Position numbers and translations under genes: made by a program. 64,000 bases of DNA from Bacteroidales bacterium. GTDB lineage: Bacteria > Bacteroidota > Bacteroidia > Bacteroidales > CAIWKO01. Shown here piece by piece: positions 18,239-27,640 of the stretch. The stretch is from assembly GCA_035389045.1 (NCBI GenBank), contig DAOORA010000009.1:1-64000 (forward strand), given 5' to 3'. The notes under the pieces are model-generated. The model was not told the origin of the DNA, did not search any database, and saw nothing but the letters and a program-made list of their open reading frames with translations. Position 1 is the first letter of the stretch, and the number at the start of each line of letters is the position of its first letter.

Positions 18239-19198
18239 TTAAAGAAAATTCAGCCGTTCCTCGATCTGATATTTATTTCTGTCGTAAGAACTCCGGGCGA
18301 CCATTTCGGCCAGAAATCCTGTCAAAAAAAGCTGAGTTCCCAGTACCATTGCTACCAGCGCTATGTAAAAATATGGGCTGTTAGTTACCAGTGGCGCCTT
18401 TATACCTATATTTAAATAGTATAATTTCTGTATGCCAATACCAAGTGCTGCAATAAAACCTAAAATAAATATGATAGTACCTATTGTGCCAAAAAGGTGC
18501 ATGGGCTTCTTGCCAAATTTTGAAACAAACATTATTGACATCAGATCAAGCGGGCCGTTCATAAAGCGGTTCATCCCGAATTTTGATGTTCCGTATTTAC
18601 GCTTGCGGTGTTCCACAACTTTTTCACCTATCCTCTTAAAACCAGCCCATTTGGCAATTACCGGAATGTACCTGTGCATTTCACCATAAACTTCAATACT
18701 TTTTACTACCGTCTTCCGGTATGCTTTAATTCCGCAGTTATGATCGTGAAGCTTCACACCGGACATCTTACTGGTCATCCAATTATAAAGTTTTGACGGC
18801 AGATTTTTAGTAAGTGAAGGATCGTGACGTACTTTCTTCCATCCCGAAACAAGGTCGTATTTTTCATCCTTAATCATTCTGTACAATTCCGGAATTTCAT
18901 CCGGGCTGTCCTGCAGATCAGCATCCATGGTAATTACCACATCGCCCCGCACCTCCTGAAAACCCACATTCAAAGCTGCTGATTTGCCGTAATTTCTGCG
19001 AAACCTCACTCCTTTTACGTTATCGTTTTCTTTACCAAGTTTCTCAATAACATTCCATGAATTATCACTGCTCCCATCGTCAACAAGAATAATCTCATAG
19101 GTATATTTCTGCAATTCAGCAACTTTGCTGATCCAGGCGCACAATTCCGGCAGTGACTCCTCTTCGTTATATAGCGGTATAACAATTGATAAATCCAT
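18239..19198 (-). CDS. GT2 glycosyltransferase (DPM/ArnC-like polyprenol-phosphate GT)
   Basis: SIVIPLYNEE, VDDGSSD, RNYGKSAA, MDADLQD, EMHRYIP, two C-terminal TMs. Confidence 0.9.
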   Translation of the reverse strand: MDLSIVIPLYNEEESLPELCAWISKVAELQKYTYEIILVDDGSSDNSWNVIEKLGKENDNVKGVRFRRNYGKSAALNVGFQEVRGDVVITMDADLQDSPDEIPELYRMIKDEKYDLVSGWKKVRHDPSLTKNLPSKLYNWMTSKMSGVKLHDHNCGIKAYRKTVVKSIEVYGEMHRYIPVIAKWAGFKRIGEKVVEHRKRKYGTSKFGMNRFMNGPLDLMSIMFVSKFGKKPMHLFGTIGTIIFILGFIAALGIGIQKLYYLNIGIKAPLVTNSPYFYIALVAMVLGTQLFLTGFLAEMVARSSYDRNKYQIEERLNFL

Positions 19199-19208
19199 TG
19201 ATAATTAA

Positions 19209-19754
19209 TTATAAAAGACCATCGGTGATTTTCTCTTTTTTACGGACAAACAAAGCTGCAATCACAGCAATAATAACAGATACTGTTAAACTATTAAAAA
19301 AATGACTGAGAACAAGTTTACCGGGTGTTGAACCTTCTATCATACCCTGAATGATTTCTTCTTTCTTCTCATCGGGTATATAGTCATTTTCAGAGATTAT
19401 ATTTATTGCAAGCTGTACCTCGTTGGCTGCACGCTGCGGATCAAAGAAATTATAAAACAAATAATTGTATAAAACCAAAACTACAGATGAAACAACTGCG
19501 GCCGCTACACAGAACATAATTGCCTTACCATAACTGAGATAACCACCATGTAACTCATTTCTGTATTTTCTTCCGCCCCATATATAAAAACCAAAGTAAA
19601 CAGCCAGCGTAACAATAAGTATTAATAAATTAGCAATCATGCCCATACCTGTTAAGTCAAAAACATATAAAAGCATATCTACAAGTATCATGGCACCGGC
19701 AATCATCAACCCAACCATTAAAGCTTTTTTAAACAATTCAGTAGTTGTATTCAT
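19209..19754 (-). CDS. DUF4199-like membrane protein
   Basis: Four TMs; YRNELHGGYLSYGKA and FFDP motifs; usual position next to this GT2. Confidence 0.7.
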   Translation of the reverse strand: MNTTTELFKKALMVGLMIAGAMILVDMLLYVFDLTGMGMIANLLILIVTLAVYFGFYIWGGRKYRNELHGGYLSYGKAIMFCVAAAVVSSVVLVLYNYLFYNFFDPQRAANEVQLAINIISENDYIPDEKKEEIIQGMIEGSTPGKLVLSHFFNSLTVSVIIAVIAALFVRKKEKITDGLL

Positions 19755-19816
19755 TGATATAAATTTTTTTATTGAAACAAAAATAACACAAATTACGAAG
19801 TTAATAGATTTTTTTT

Positions 19817-19824
19817 TAATTTTG
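19817..19824 (+). promoter_or_regulatory. Bacteroidota sigma-70 -7 box for ffs
   Basis: TAATTTTG immediately before the RNA 5' end. Confidence 0.7.
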
Positions 19825-19828
19825 CAGC

Positions 19829-19924
19829 GGGTAAGTCTTGTACGACCAGCTCCTGTGAACTCCCCCAGGTCCGGAAGGCAGCAAGGGTAAGCGGTTGTAG
19901 CGGTGCGATATAAGGAGCTTACCC
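19829..19924 (+). ncRNA. ffs: Signal recognition particle RNA (small bacterial SRP, 4.5S)
   Basis: Helix-8 signature CCAGGTCCGGAAGGCAGCAAGG; terminal stem GGGTAAG...CTTACCC followed by T-run. Confidence 0.92.
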
Positions 19925-19943
19925 TTTTTTATTGTTTTAGGTT

Positions 19944-20564
19944 ATGTTATTAAAAATCCATCCTCAAAACCCTTCCGAACGCCAGATGAAAATGGCCGTT
20001 GATTGCCTTGCCGACGGAGGTATTATAGTTTATCCAACGGATACTGTTTACGGTATCGCCTGCGATATTTACAAACCTAAGGCGCTTGAGCGGATAGCCC
20101 GCCTAAAAAACATCAATCCGGAAAAAGCTAACTTTTCTTTAATATGCTATGATCTGAGCACACTTTCTGAATATACTAAACCGATACCCAATCAGATTTA
20201 CAAATTGATGCGGAAAACACTTCCGGGGCCTTTTACATATATTCTTGAAGCCAATAACAATGTTCCGAAAATTTTTCACAGTAAAAAAAGAACCGTAGGA
20301 ATCCGTGTACCCGACAATAATATTGCCCGGGAACTGGTCCTGATGCTTGGAAACCCCATGGCTTCAACCTCTATTCATGATGAAGATGAAATAATTGAAT
20401 ATACCACCGATCCCGAACTCATTCATGATAAGTTCCAGAAACTTGTTGATATCGTTATTGACGGAGGCTATGGTGACAACGAAGCCTCCACGGTAATAAA
20501 CTGCACTTCAGGAGACCCATTACTGGTCCGTCAGGGAAAAGGTATTATAGAAGATTTATTATAA
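19944..20564 (+). CDS. Sua5/YciO/YrdC family protein (threonylcarbamoyl-AMP synthase-like)
   Basis: YPTDTVYG, LPGPFTYIL, RTVGIRVP, STS, STVI..RQGKG. Confidence 0.9.
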   Translation: MLLKIHPQNPSERQMKMAVDCLADGGIIVYPTDTVYGIACDIYKPKALERIARLKNINPEKANFSLICYDLSTLSEYTKPIPNQIYKLMRKTLPGPFTYILEANNNVPKIFHSKKRTVGIRVPDNNIARELVLMLGNPMASTSIHDEDEIIEYTTDPELIHDKFQKLVDIVIDGGYGDNEASTVINCTSGDPLLVRQGKGIIEDLL

Positions 20565-20567
20565 GTT

Positions 20568-20894
20568 ATGTTAATTTCGGAAGGAAACATATATAACAGT
20601 CATGCTAGTACTTCCAGGGAAGAAGTTATTAACACTCTTTTATCCGGAAAAAATATTAAAATTGAACAAATCATTTCTTCAGGTCAGACTTCTCCTGCTG
20701 AAGGATGGTTCGACCAAATGCAGCATGAATGGGTACTGTTGCTTCAGGGAGAAGCCCAACTTGAATTTGAAAAAAAACTAATAAAACATTTACATAGAGG
20801 AGACTTTTTGCTGATCCCACCACATTGTAAGCATAAGGTGGTTTATACTTCGACCGACCCGTCATGTATTTGGCTTGCCGTATTTTTTGATTAG
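20568..20894 (+). CDS. Cupin-domain protein
   Basis: IEQIISSGQTSP..WFDQ..EWVLLLQG...HCKHKV..T...IWLAVF. Confidence 0.8.
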   Translation: MLISEGNIYNSHASTSREEVINTLLSGKNIKIEQIISSGQTSPAEGWFDQMQHEWVLLLQGEAQLEFEKKLIKHLHRGDFLLIPPHCKHKVVYTSTDPSCIWLAVFFD

Positions 20895-20954
20895 ACCGGC
20901 AGATACAAACAAATATTCCACTAAATCGGATGACAATTTAACACTATTATATCC

Positions 20955-21290
20955 ATGAGTCAAGATTACTTTAGAATACCACCTGAACAAATAAAAGACC
21001 TTATAAAACCTATGGGATTTTGCCTGGTTTCAAACAAAATTACAGTAGATGGCGAAAAAGTAGGGTTTATGTATCGTGAAAAACCTGAAGACGGCAATGA
21101 CAGTGGCTGGCGATTTCTTTCAGGAACAGAAACCCAGGAATTCATTGATGACCCCCATAACAGTAAAATTTTTGATGTCAATACGGTCGCGAATTACGAT
21201 GCGGCAATAATACCCTACTTAAAACTACATTACGGCACGGAATTAGAAAGGCTTCAAGACACCGATACATTCATTGAATTAGAAAAATAA
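20955..21290 (+). CDS. DUF2185 / Imm33-like protein
   Basis: VGFMYREKP...DSGWRFLSGTE...DVNTVANYD..IIPYL. Confidence 0.8.
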   Translation: MSQDYFRIPPEQIKDLIKPMGFCLVSNKITVDGEKVGFMYREKPEDGNDSGWRFLSGTETQEFIDDPHNSKIFDVNTVANYDAAIIPYLKLHYGTELERLQDTDTFIELEK

Positions 21291-21366
21291 AATAATTCAA
21301 TATGCTATTATCATCCTGATTATTGGAAATCTAAGTGCTTTTTCATATGCTAATAATTATCCTGCT

Positions 21367-21852
21367 TCAAACACTATGGATATCATAAAAAGATTCAATA
21401 CCCGGATAGAAAAATTTTTCTACGGCTTCTTTTTCGTTCATAATGAAATAAGTAACAACTGAACTTGTGCATAAATCATTTTTACTATTGTATAAATGCA
21501 CTTCTATCTCTGCAAATTGTTTCTTTTGTGCAATTAGACGGGCTTTCAGAAATATGGGAGTTGATTCTATTAAAACTGGTTTCGTAAATCTTGTGTTCAT
21601 TCGAGATGTAACTCCAGCTGTCTTAAGTTTTAATTGAACGGCCCAACTGGCTATTTCATCCATAAGTGTCTGCTGGATGCCTCCATGAAGAACGCCCTTG
21701 TATCCCTGAAAAGATTCAGTCGGTTCCCATTGACAACAAACATATTCTCTGTCTTCATAAAATTCCATCTTCAGTCCATTCTTATTGTTGGGTGCACAAC
21801 CAAAACAATTATACCCGGAAATATTTATGTATGGATTTATTATCTTTTTCAT
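21367..21852 (-). CDS. PaaI-family hot-dog thioesterase
   Basis: CFGCAPNN..GL, QGYKGVLHGGIQ.TLMDE; start at MKKIINPY. Confidence 0.85.
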   Translation of the reverse strand: MKKIINPYINISGYNCFGCAPNNKNGLKMEFYEDREYVCCQWEPTESFQGYKGVLHGGIQQTLMDEIASWAVQLKLKTAGVTSRMNTRFTKPVLIESTPIFLKARLIAQKKQFAEIEVHLYNSKNDLCTSSVVTYFIMNEKEAVEKFFYPGIESFYDIHSV

Positions 21853-21908
21853 ATAAACTTTTTTATACAAAAATATCAATTACTTTTATGGCTCAATATT
21901 AAAAGCTG

Positions 21909-22391
21909 ATGAAAAAAACGATTTTTCTTTTTTTTTCTATGATTATTTTTTCTTCATGCCATACCGCCACTCAACTGGCAAAACATAAAATCAGTACCTA
22001 TAAAAAAATGGAATGGTTGCAAGGTCGGTGGGATATCAGAACCAATAACTTCTATTACAGTGAAAACTGGCATAAAGAAAATGACACGTTATTTACTGGT
22101 AAAAGCATTATGCTTGTAACAGGCGACACCGTGCTGTATGACCTGATGAATATAGAAATAAACAAAAAATATATTTATCTGACAAGTAAAAGTAAAATAA
22201 ATACTGAAGGAAATACAAATTTTTATAAGCTCATAAGTATAAAAAAGAACCGAATCATCTTTGAGAACCCATCAAATACTGAAGAAAACAGGATTACCTA
22301 CCTTTTTACCGATCCTGATAAACTAAAAATTCTGATAGAAAACAAAGAGAATTCTGTAGAAAGTTATAGTCTTAGAAGGATACTAAAATAA
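21909..22391 (+). CDS. Lipoprotein, DUF6265-like
   Basis: Lipobox FSS-C; WLQGRW...ENW...IIFENP...RITY. Confidence 0.6.
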   Translation: MKKTIFLFFSMIIFSSCHTATQLAKHKISTYKKMEWLQGRWDIRTNNFYYSENWHKENDTLFTGKSIMLVTGDTVLYDLMNIEINKKYIYLTSKSKINTEGNTNFYKLISIKKNRIIFENPSNTEENRITYLFTDPDKLKILIENKENSVESYSLRRILK

Positions 22392-22442
22392 GCAGTTGTT
22401 AGTAAAAATTAAGTAAATTTCGCACAAATACTAAAAAAAAAC

Positions 22443-22450
22443 TATCTTTG
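22443..22450 (+). promoter_or_regulatory. -7 promoter box
   Basis: TATCTTTG 20 nt upstream of TPR-ribH-fmt. Confidence 0.65.
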
Positions 22451-22469
22451 CACCCTTAAAAATATATTT

Positions 22470-23162
22470 ATGGCAAAAAAGACAGATAAAACAGAAGATA
22501 AAATATTAGCCGTTGAAAGTGCTTTAGGTAAAGGTGAACAATTTCTTGAAAAAAATAAAAATCTGTTGTTTTATATTCTGCTTGGAATTATTGCAATAGT
22601 AGGAGGCATATTTGCATATAATAAGTTTATACGGATGCCAAAAGAAATTGAAGCACAATCGGTAATGTTTACCGCTGAGCAATATTTTGAAAAAGATTCA
22701 CTTCAACTCGCCATAAATGGCGATGGAACAAATCCTGGATTTCTCCAGATTGTTGATGACTATGGCTCTACCAAACAGGGTAACCTTGCCCGATATTATT
22801 TGGGTATTTGTTATTTAAAAACAGGTGAATACCAAACTGCAATTGAATATCTTGAAGATTTTGACTCTGATGATCACATCATTGCTCCTCTGGCAATAGG
22901 TGCCATTGGTGATGCCTACATGGAACTTGGTGAAACCGAAAAAGCAATTGAAAATTATCAAAAAGCTTTTGAAAAAGACAATAATGATTTCACAGCTCCC
23001 ATTTTTCTTTTAAAAGCAGGCTGGGCTTATGAAAGTCTAAACCAATGGGATAAAGCTATTGAAATATATACAAAAATACAGAAAGAGCATTATAAAAGCT
23101 ACGAAGCTCGTGATATAGAAAAGTATATTGCCTATGCAAAAGGTATGCAGGAAAGCAAATAA
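22470..23162 (+). CDS. Membrane-anchored TPR protein (YfgM-like) upstream of ribH
   Basis: Single TM then TPR helices; ALNGDG-type motif (AINGDGTNPGFL). Confidence 0.8.
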   Translation: MAKKTDKTEDKILAVESALGKGEQFLEKNKNLLFYILLGIIAIVGGIFAYNKFIRMPKEIEAQSVMFTAEQYFEKDSLQLAINGDGTNPGFLQIVDDYGSTKQGNLARYYLGICYLKTGEYQTAIEYLEDFDSDDHIIAPLAIGAIGDAYMELGETEKAIENYQKAFEKDNNDFTAPIFLLKAGWAYESLNQWDKAIEIYTKIQKEHYKSYEARDIEKYIAYAKGMQESK

Positions 23163-23168
23163 TACCTG

Positions 23169-23657
23169 ATGAGCCTGAAGAAGACAAATCTTTCTGAATA
23201 CAAAAAATTTTCTGAAAAATTATCTGATGATATTTCAATAGGAATAGTAGTTTCCGAATGGAATGCGGAAATTACTGATTCGTTGTGTAATGCGGCAGTT
23301 GAAACCCTGATTGAAAACGGAATAATACTGCCAAATATTTTCATGCAACGTGTTCCCGGGAGTTTTGAGCTTCCCCTGGGTGCGCAATACCTTATTAGAT
23401 ATAAAAATGTTGATGCTGTTATCTGTTTAGGTTGTGTAATTCAGGGTGAAACCCGGCATTTTGAATTCATCTGTCAGGCCGTTAGTCACCAAATTGCACG
23501 TCTTAATATTGATTATGGTATTCCTGTCATCTTTGGTGTTTTGACCACAGACAATATGCAGCAAGCCAAAGATCGCGCAGGAGGAAAACATGGAAACAAG
23601 GGCGTTGAAGCTGCTGTAGCAGCCATAAAAATGCTCTTTCTTCGCAAAAAGATATAA
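23169..23657 (+). CDS. ribH: 6,7-dimethyl-8-ribityllumazine synthase
   Basis: IVVSEWN, VPGSFELP, LGCVIQGETRHF, FGVLT, NKGVEAA. Confidence 0.96.
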   Translation: MSLKKTNLSEYKKFSEKLSDDISIGIVVSEWNAEITDSLCNAAVETLIENGIILPNIFMQRVPGSFELPLGAQYLIRYKNVDAVICLGCVIQGETRHFEFICQAVSHQIARLNIDYGIPVIFGVLTTDNMQQAKDRAGGKHGNKGVEAAVAAIKMLFLRKKI

Positions 23658-23679
23658 AATAAGTTCAAATTTAGCATCC

Positions 23680-24645
23680 ATGAAAGAAGTACGCATTATA
23701 TTTATGGGTACACCAGATTTTGCTGTAGAGTCCCTGAAAAGACTTTTATCAGAAAGATATAATATTGTTCTGGTAGTCACCACTCCGGATAAACCTGCCG
23801 GAAGAGGTCTTAAAATTCAAGAATCGGAAGTGAAGAAGTTTTCAATTGCCAAGGGTCTACCTATTTATCAACCTGACAACCTGGAAGATGAATTTTTTAT
23901 TAATACATTAAAAAGTTTATCTCCTGATCTCATCATTGTAGTAGCTTTTCGTAAAATTCCAGATATTATTATTAAAATACCCAGAATTGCGGCATTTAAC
24001 CTTCATGCGTCATTGCTGCCGAATTATCGTGGAGCTGCGCCAATCAACTGGGCAATAATAAATGGTGAAACAGAAACTGGCCTTACAACATTTTTACTCA
24101 ATAATAAAATTGATACAGGTAAAATAATCTTACAGCAAAGAGTAGCCATTCTACCTGAATACAATGCTTCCAGGCTTTATGATATTATGAAAATTTCAGG
24201 AGCTGAGTTAGTAGGTAATACTGTTAATGCCATCATACATGGCAATTATCAGACAATAGAGCAGGAATCAATAATTAAAAATGAAAATTATTTAAAAAAA
24301 GCTCCTAAAATTTTAAAAGAAAATTGCAAAATAAATTGGCAAGATTCAGCTATTTCAATTCACAACCAAATAAGAGGATTGAGCTATCTACCAGGGGCTT
24401 ATTGTGAGTTTATAGCCCCAGATGGTAAAAATTTTCAATTTAAAATATTTCGTTCTGAATATGCCGTCATTGCTCATAAAATGTTGCCTGGTTTAATTGA
24501 AACCGATAGCAGCAAATATCTCCGGATATATACCTGTGATGGGTATATTGATATTAAAGAGATACAACTTTCCGGGAAAAAAATTATGAATATTAACGAG
24601 CTACTCAGAGGATTCAAGCTAACTGATCTATGGAAAACAGGCTGA
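23680..24645 (+). CDS. fmt: Methionyl-tRNA formyltransferase
   Basis: IFMGTPDFA, PDKPAGRG, NLHASLLPNYRGAAPINWA. Confidence 0.96.
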   Translation: MKEVRIIFMGTPDFAVESLKRLLSERYNIVLVVTTPDKPAGRGLKIQESEVKKFSIAKGLPIYQPDNLEDEFFINTLKSLSPDLIIVVAFRKIPDIIIKIPRIAAFNLHASLLPNYRGAAPINWAIINGETETGLTTFLLNNKIDTGKIILQQRVAILPEYNASRLYDIMKISGAELVGNTVNAIIHGNYQTIEQESIIKNENYLKKAPKILKENCKINWQDSAISIHNQIRGLSYLPGAYCEFIAPDGKNFQFKIFRSEYAVIAHKMLPGLIETDSSKYLRIYTCDGYIDIKEIQLSGKKIMNINELLRGFKLTDLWKTG

Positions 24646-24765
24646 TTTGTAAAAAAAAACTTCTCAAATGCTTGTATTTCGGGCAAAGTTTTTAACAAAA
24701 ACCCCATTTTATTAACAAAACAAGGGTTTTTCATGATTTATGCTTGTTTTATTTGAATTTTTTAT

Positions 24766-24773
24766 TACTTTTG
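24766..24773 (+). promoter_or_regulatory. -7 promoter box for HU
   Basis: TACTTTTG upstream of HU. Confidence 0.55.
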
Positions 24774-24826
24774 TTTTATTATTAACTTAATTAAATCAAT
24801 TAACATTTAATTAAAATTTTTTAAAC

Positions 24827-25099
24827 ATGAACAAAGCAGAATTAATTGATGCAATGGCTGGTGAAGCTAAATTGACCAAAGCTGATGCAAAAAAAGCATT
24901 GGACGCTTTCATTAAGGCTACTTCTTTGGCACTTAAAAAAGGTGACCGGGTGGCATTAGTAGGTTTCGGATCGTTCGCAGTAGCAAAAAGGGCTGCAAGA
25001 AAAGGCCGTAATCCACAAACTGGAAAAGAAATCAAAATTGCCGCCAAGAAAGTGGTAAAATTCAAAGCCGGTAACGATTTATCTTCAAAAGTTAAGTAA
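24827..25099 (+). CDS. hup: HU DNA-binding protein
   Basis: MNKAELID...GFGSF...[23 protein letters not shown]. Confidence 0.96.
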   Translation: MNKAELIDAMAGEAKLTKADAKKALDAFIKATSLALKKGDRVALVGFGSFAVAKRAARKGRNPQTGKEIKIAAKKVVKFKAGNDLSSKVK

Positions 25100-25117
25100 C
25101 ATTGTTTCAAGCTGTTG

Positions 25118-25149
25118 AAAGTCCCGAATGAAATTTCGGGACTTTTTTT
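25118..25149 (+). terminator. Intrinsic terminator after HU
   Basis: AAAGTCCCGAA-loop-TTCGGGACTTT followed by T-run. Confidence 0.85.
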
Positions 25150-25839
25150 ATGAAAAAAAAAATAGTATATACAAACGCACTGATAGATTATCTCAGTGGT
25201 TTTATCACAGAAAACCGGCTTGATAAATTTAATAAAATCATCAACCTTCGCACTCGTTTTATTACCATTGTACTTGAAGATATCTACCAACCTCATAATG
25301 CAAGTGCTGTCCTTCGCTCATGCGAGTGCATTGGCGTTCAGGATGTTCATATAATTGAAAACAAAAACAAATATGAAATTAATCCAAACATTACACTTGG
25401 TTCTTCAAAATGGCTGACGCTTATAAGATACAATCAAATTGAATACAATACATCAAATTGTATCAAGAATTTAAAAAAAACTGGCTACCAAATCGTTGCC
25501 ACTTCCTCCAATCTTAATGGTCAAAGTATTGAACAAATCTCTGTAGATAAAAAAATAGCGCTGTTTTTTGGTACTGAAAAGGATGGAGTAAGCAATGATG
25601 TTATTGATAATGCTGATTGCTTTGTCAAAATTCCAATGTTTGGCTTTACTGAAAGTTTCAATATCTCTGTTTCAGTTGCAATATGTCTTTATAGTCTTAC
25701 AAATAGATTAAGAAAATCAGATATTATTTGGCAACTTACCGAAGAAGAAAAGTCAGCAATAAAATTACAATGGCTGAAAAATTCAATTAAAAATGCAAAT
25801 GCTATCGAGTCAGATTTCAAAAAAAAATTTATAATTTGA
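25150..25839 (+). CDS. SpoU/TrmH-family RNA 2'-O-methyltransferase
   Basis: LEDIYQPHNASAVLRS, FGTEKDG, IPMFGFTESFNISV. Confidence 0.9.
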   Translation: MKKKIVYTNALIDYLSGFITENRLDKFNKIINLRTRFITIVLEDIYQPHNASAVLRSCECIGVQDVHIIENKNKYEINPNITLGSSKWLTLIRYNQIEYNTSNCIKNLKKTGYQIVATSSNLNGQSIEQISVDKKIALFFGTEKDGVSNDVIDNADCFVKIPMFGFTESFNISVSVAICLYSLTNRLRKSDIIWQLTEEEKSAIKLQWLKNSIKNANAIESDFKKKFII

Positions 25840-25899
25840 AATAATTTTTAAAGGAATTCGTATTTTTTATATTTTTGTAAAATATTAAAAAAAAAAACA

Positions 25900-26241
25900 A
25901 TGGGAAAAGGAGATAAAAAATCAAGAAAAGGTAAAATCTGGATCGGTAGTTATGGCGTGAGACGACTTAAGAAAAAAACAAAACTCAATAAAGCTGAGCC
26001 AGATGTCAAAAAAGAGAAAAAAAATGATATAATAGAACAGATTGCTGAACCAGTTGTTGCAATTGAAGAAAAACCCCAAAAAACAAAAAAAGAACTTGCG
26101 TCAAAAAATACTGAAGAGGAAATTTCTGTACCAAAAGTAAAAAAAACCTCTCCCAAAAAGAAAGAACCTAAAATAGAAACAGATGTAGTTGAAGGTGTTG
26201 CTGAAAAACCAAAATCAAAAAAAACAACTAAAAAAGATTAA
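25900..26241 (+). CDS. 30S ribosomal protein bTHX (THX/S31) with long Lys/Glu-rich tail
   Basis: MGKGDKKSRKGKIWIGSYGVRR matches the THX core; -7 box TATTTTTG at 25870-25877. Confidence 0.8.
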   Translation: MGKGDKKSRKGKIWIGSYGVRRLKKKTKLNKAEPDVKKEKKNDIIEQIAEPVVAIEEKPQKTKKELASKNTEEEISVPKVKKTSPKKKEPKIETDVVEGVAEKPKSKKTTKKD

Positions 26242-26269
26242 TACTTTTTAATAAATAACCCGCTACCCT

Positions 26270-27640
26270 TCACTCACTTACCAGTTTCTTAAATCTGTTT
26301 CCTCTTTCTATAAAGTTCTTAAACATATCGTAACTTGCTGCTGCAGGAGATAAAAGACAAATCATGTCTTTTTGGGTATGTTGTATTGCGTAACTCACCG
26401 CTTCTTCAAAATCTGAAGTCCAAAAAATATTCTTTCCATTACCTTCTTCTGATTGGTATAATTTTACCATACGATTACCCGCCACTCCTATGAAAATTAA
26501 ATTTCTGATATTGCTTTTTATAAGAAATTTAATTAAAGAATTATATGAAATTCCCCTGTCAAAACCGCCCAAAATGAGCGAATCAACATTTTTTAAGGAT
26601 GTCACAGCAGCTATTGTCGCTTCAGGAATTGTAGAAATTGAATCGTTATAATATAAAATGTCTTTGAATTTTCCCACAAATTCAATCCGATGTTCTAATG
26701 GCTTAAATGATTCTACACTCGTTCTTATATGTTCCACAGGAATTCCGGAAACAAGCAAAACAGAAACAGCAGCCAATAGATTTCTTAGGTTATGTTCACC
26801 AATTAAATTATTAAATTCTGTTTCATTCAGGACAACCTTGTTATAATTTCCATTGTAATAAATCTTATTATCACTGATATAACAACCTTTAACATCCTTA
26901 TGTGATAATGTGAATTTCAACAATTTGCTTTTCAATATTTTCTCACTTATCAGGGCATTAATTATCGGATCATCTGCATTGAAAATAAAAAAATCGTTTC
27001 GTTTCTGAAATAAAGCAATATTTAATTTTGCATTTTGGTATTTCTCAAACGTTTTGTAATGATCAAGATGTTCCTCAAATAAATTTAGCAATACCGCAAT
27101 ACGTGGGGAGTAATGGATCATTTCGAGCTGGTGTGAAGATAATTCAAAAACAATTTTCGTTTCATTATTAATTTCATCGATCAGGTCAAAAGGCGGAATG
27201 CCAATGTTTCCAACAAGAATACAATTATTATTATATGTTTTTATTATATGATGAATCAGACTTGCCGTTGTACTTTTTCCTTTTGTGCCTGTAATTCCAA
27301 TAATTTGCCTTCTGAATATTTTAATGAACAATTCGGTATGTGAAGAAAATTTTGAAAAATCGCCTTGTGAAATATTTTTTAGCGGGATACCAGGGGATTT
27401 TATGATGAGGTCATAATCATTAATATTTTTCAGATAATTTGTGCCAGATTGAAAATTGACCTTCAAACGGTCATTAGTGAGAATTAAATTCTCCGATAGA
27501 TTCTCATTAATATCAGCTACGTTCAGGATCTCGTCAGGAAATAGCTTTCGCAGTAATCTAAATGTGGACTGCCCCTCAATTCCAAAACCTAAAATGAGAA
27601 TCCTTTTATCCTTAAAATATTCTTTAAGAGAATTCAGCAT
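26270..27640 (-). CDS. murD: UDP-MurNAc-L-Ala:glutamate ligase, MurD2 (L-Glu) type
   Basis: GITGTKGKSTT, ELSSHQL, EHLDH, EHRIE, LLSPAAASYD; NDSISTI and GGFDRG instead of canonical NDSKATN/GGxxK; overlaps murL. Confidence 0.88.
   Translation of the reverse strand: MLNSLKEYFKDKRILILGFGIEGQSTFRLLRKLFPDEILNVADINENLSENLILTNDRLKVNFQSGTNYLKNINDYDLIIKSPGIPLKNISQGDFSKFSSHTELFIKIFRRQIIGITGTKGKSTTASLIHHIIKTYNNNCILVGNIGIPPFDLIDEINNETKIVFELSSHQLEMIHYSPRIAVLLNLFEEHLDHYKTFEKYQNAKLNIALFQKRNDFFIFNADDPIINALISEKILKSKLLKFTLSHKDVKGCYISDNKIYYNGNYNKVVLNETEFNNLIGEHNLRNLLAAVSVLLVSGIPVEHIRTSVESFKPLEHRIEFVGKFKDILYYNDSISTIPEATIAAVTSLKNVDSLILGGFDRGISYNSLIKFLIKSNIRNLIFIGVAGNRMVKLYQSEEGNGKNIFWTSDFEEAVSYAIQHTQKDMICLLSPAAASYDMFKNFIERGNRFKKLVSE

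Noticed and set aside
19639..19890. 83-aa ORF
   Set aside because: It overlaps the DUF4199 gene antisense and the SRP RNA.
24811..25296. 161-aa minus-strand ORF
   Set aside because: Antisense shadow of the HU and TrmH-family genes.
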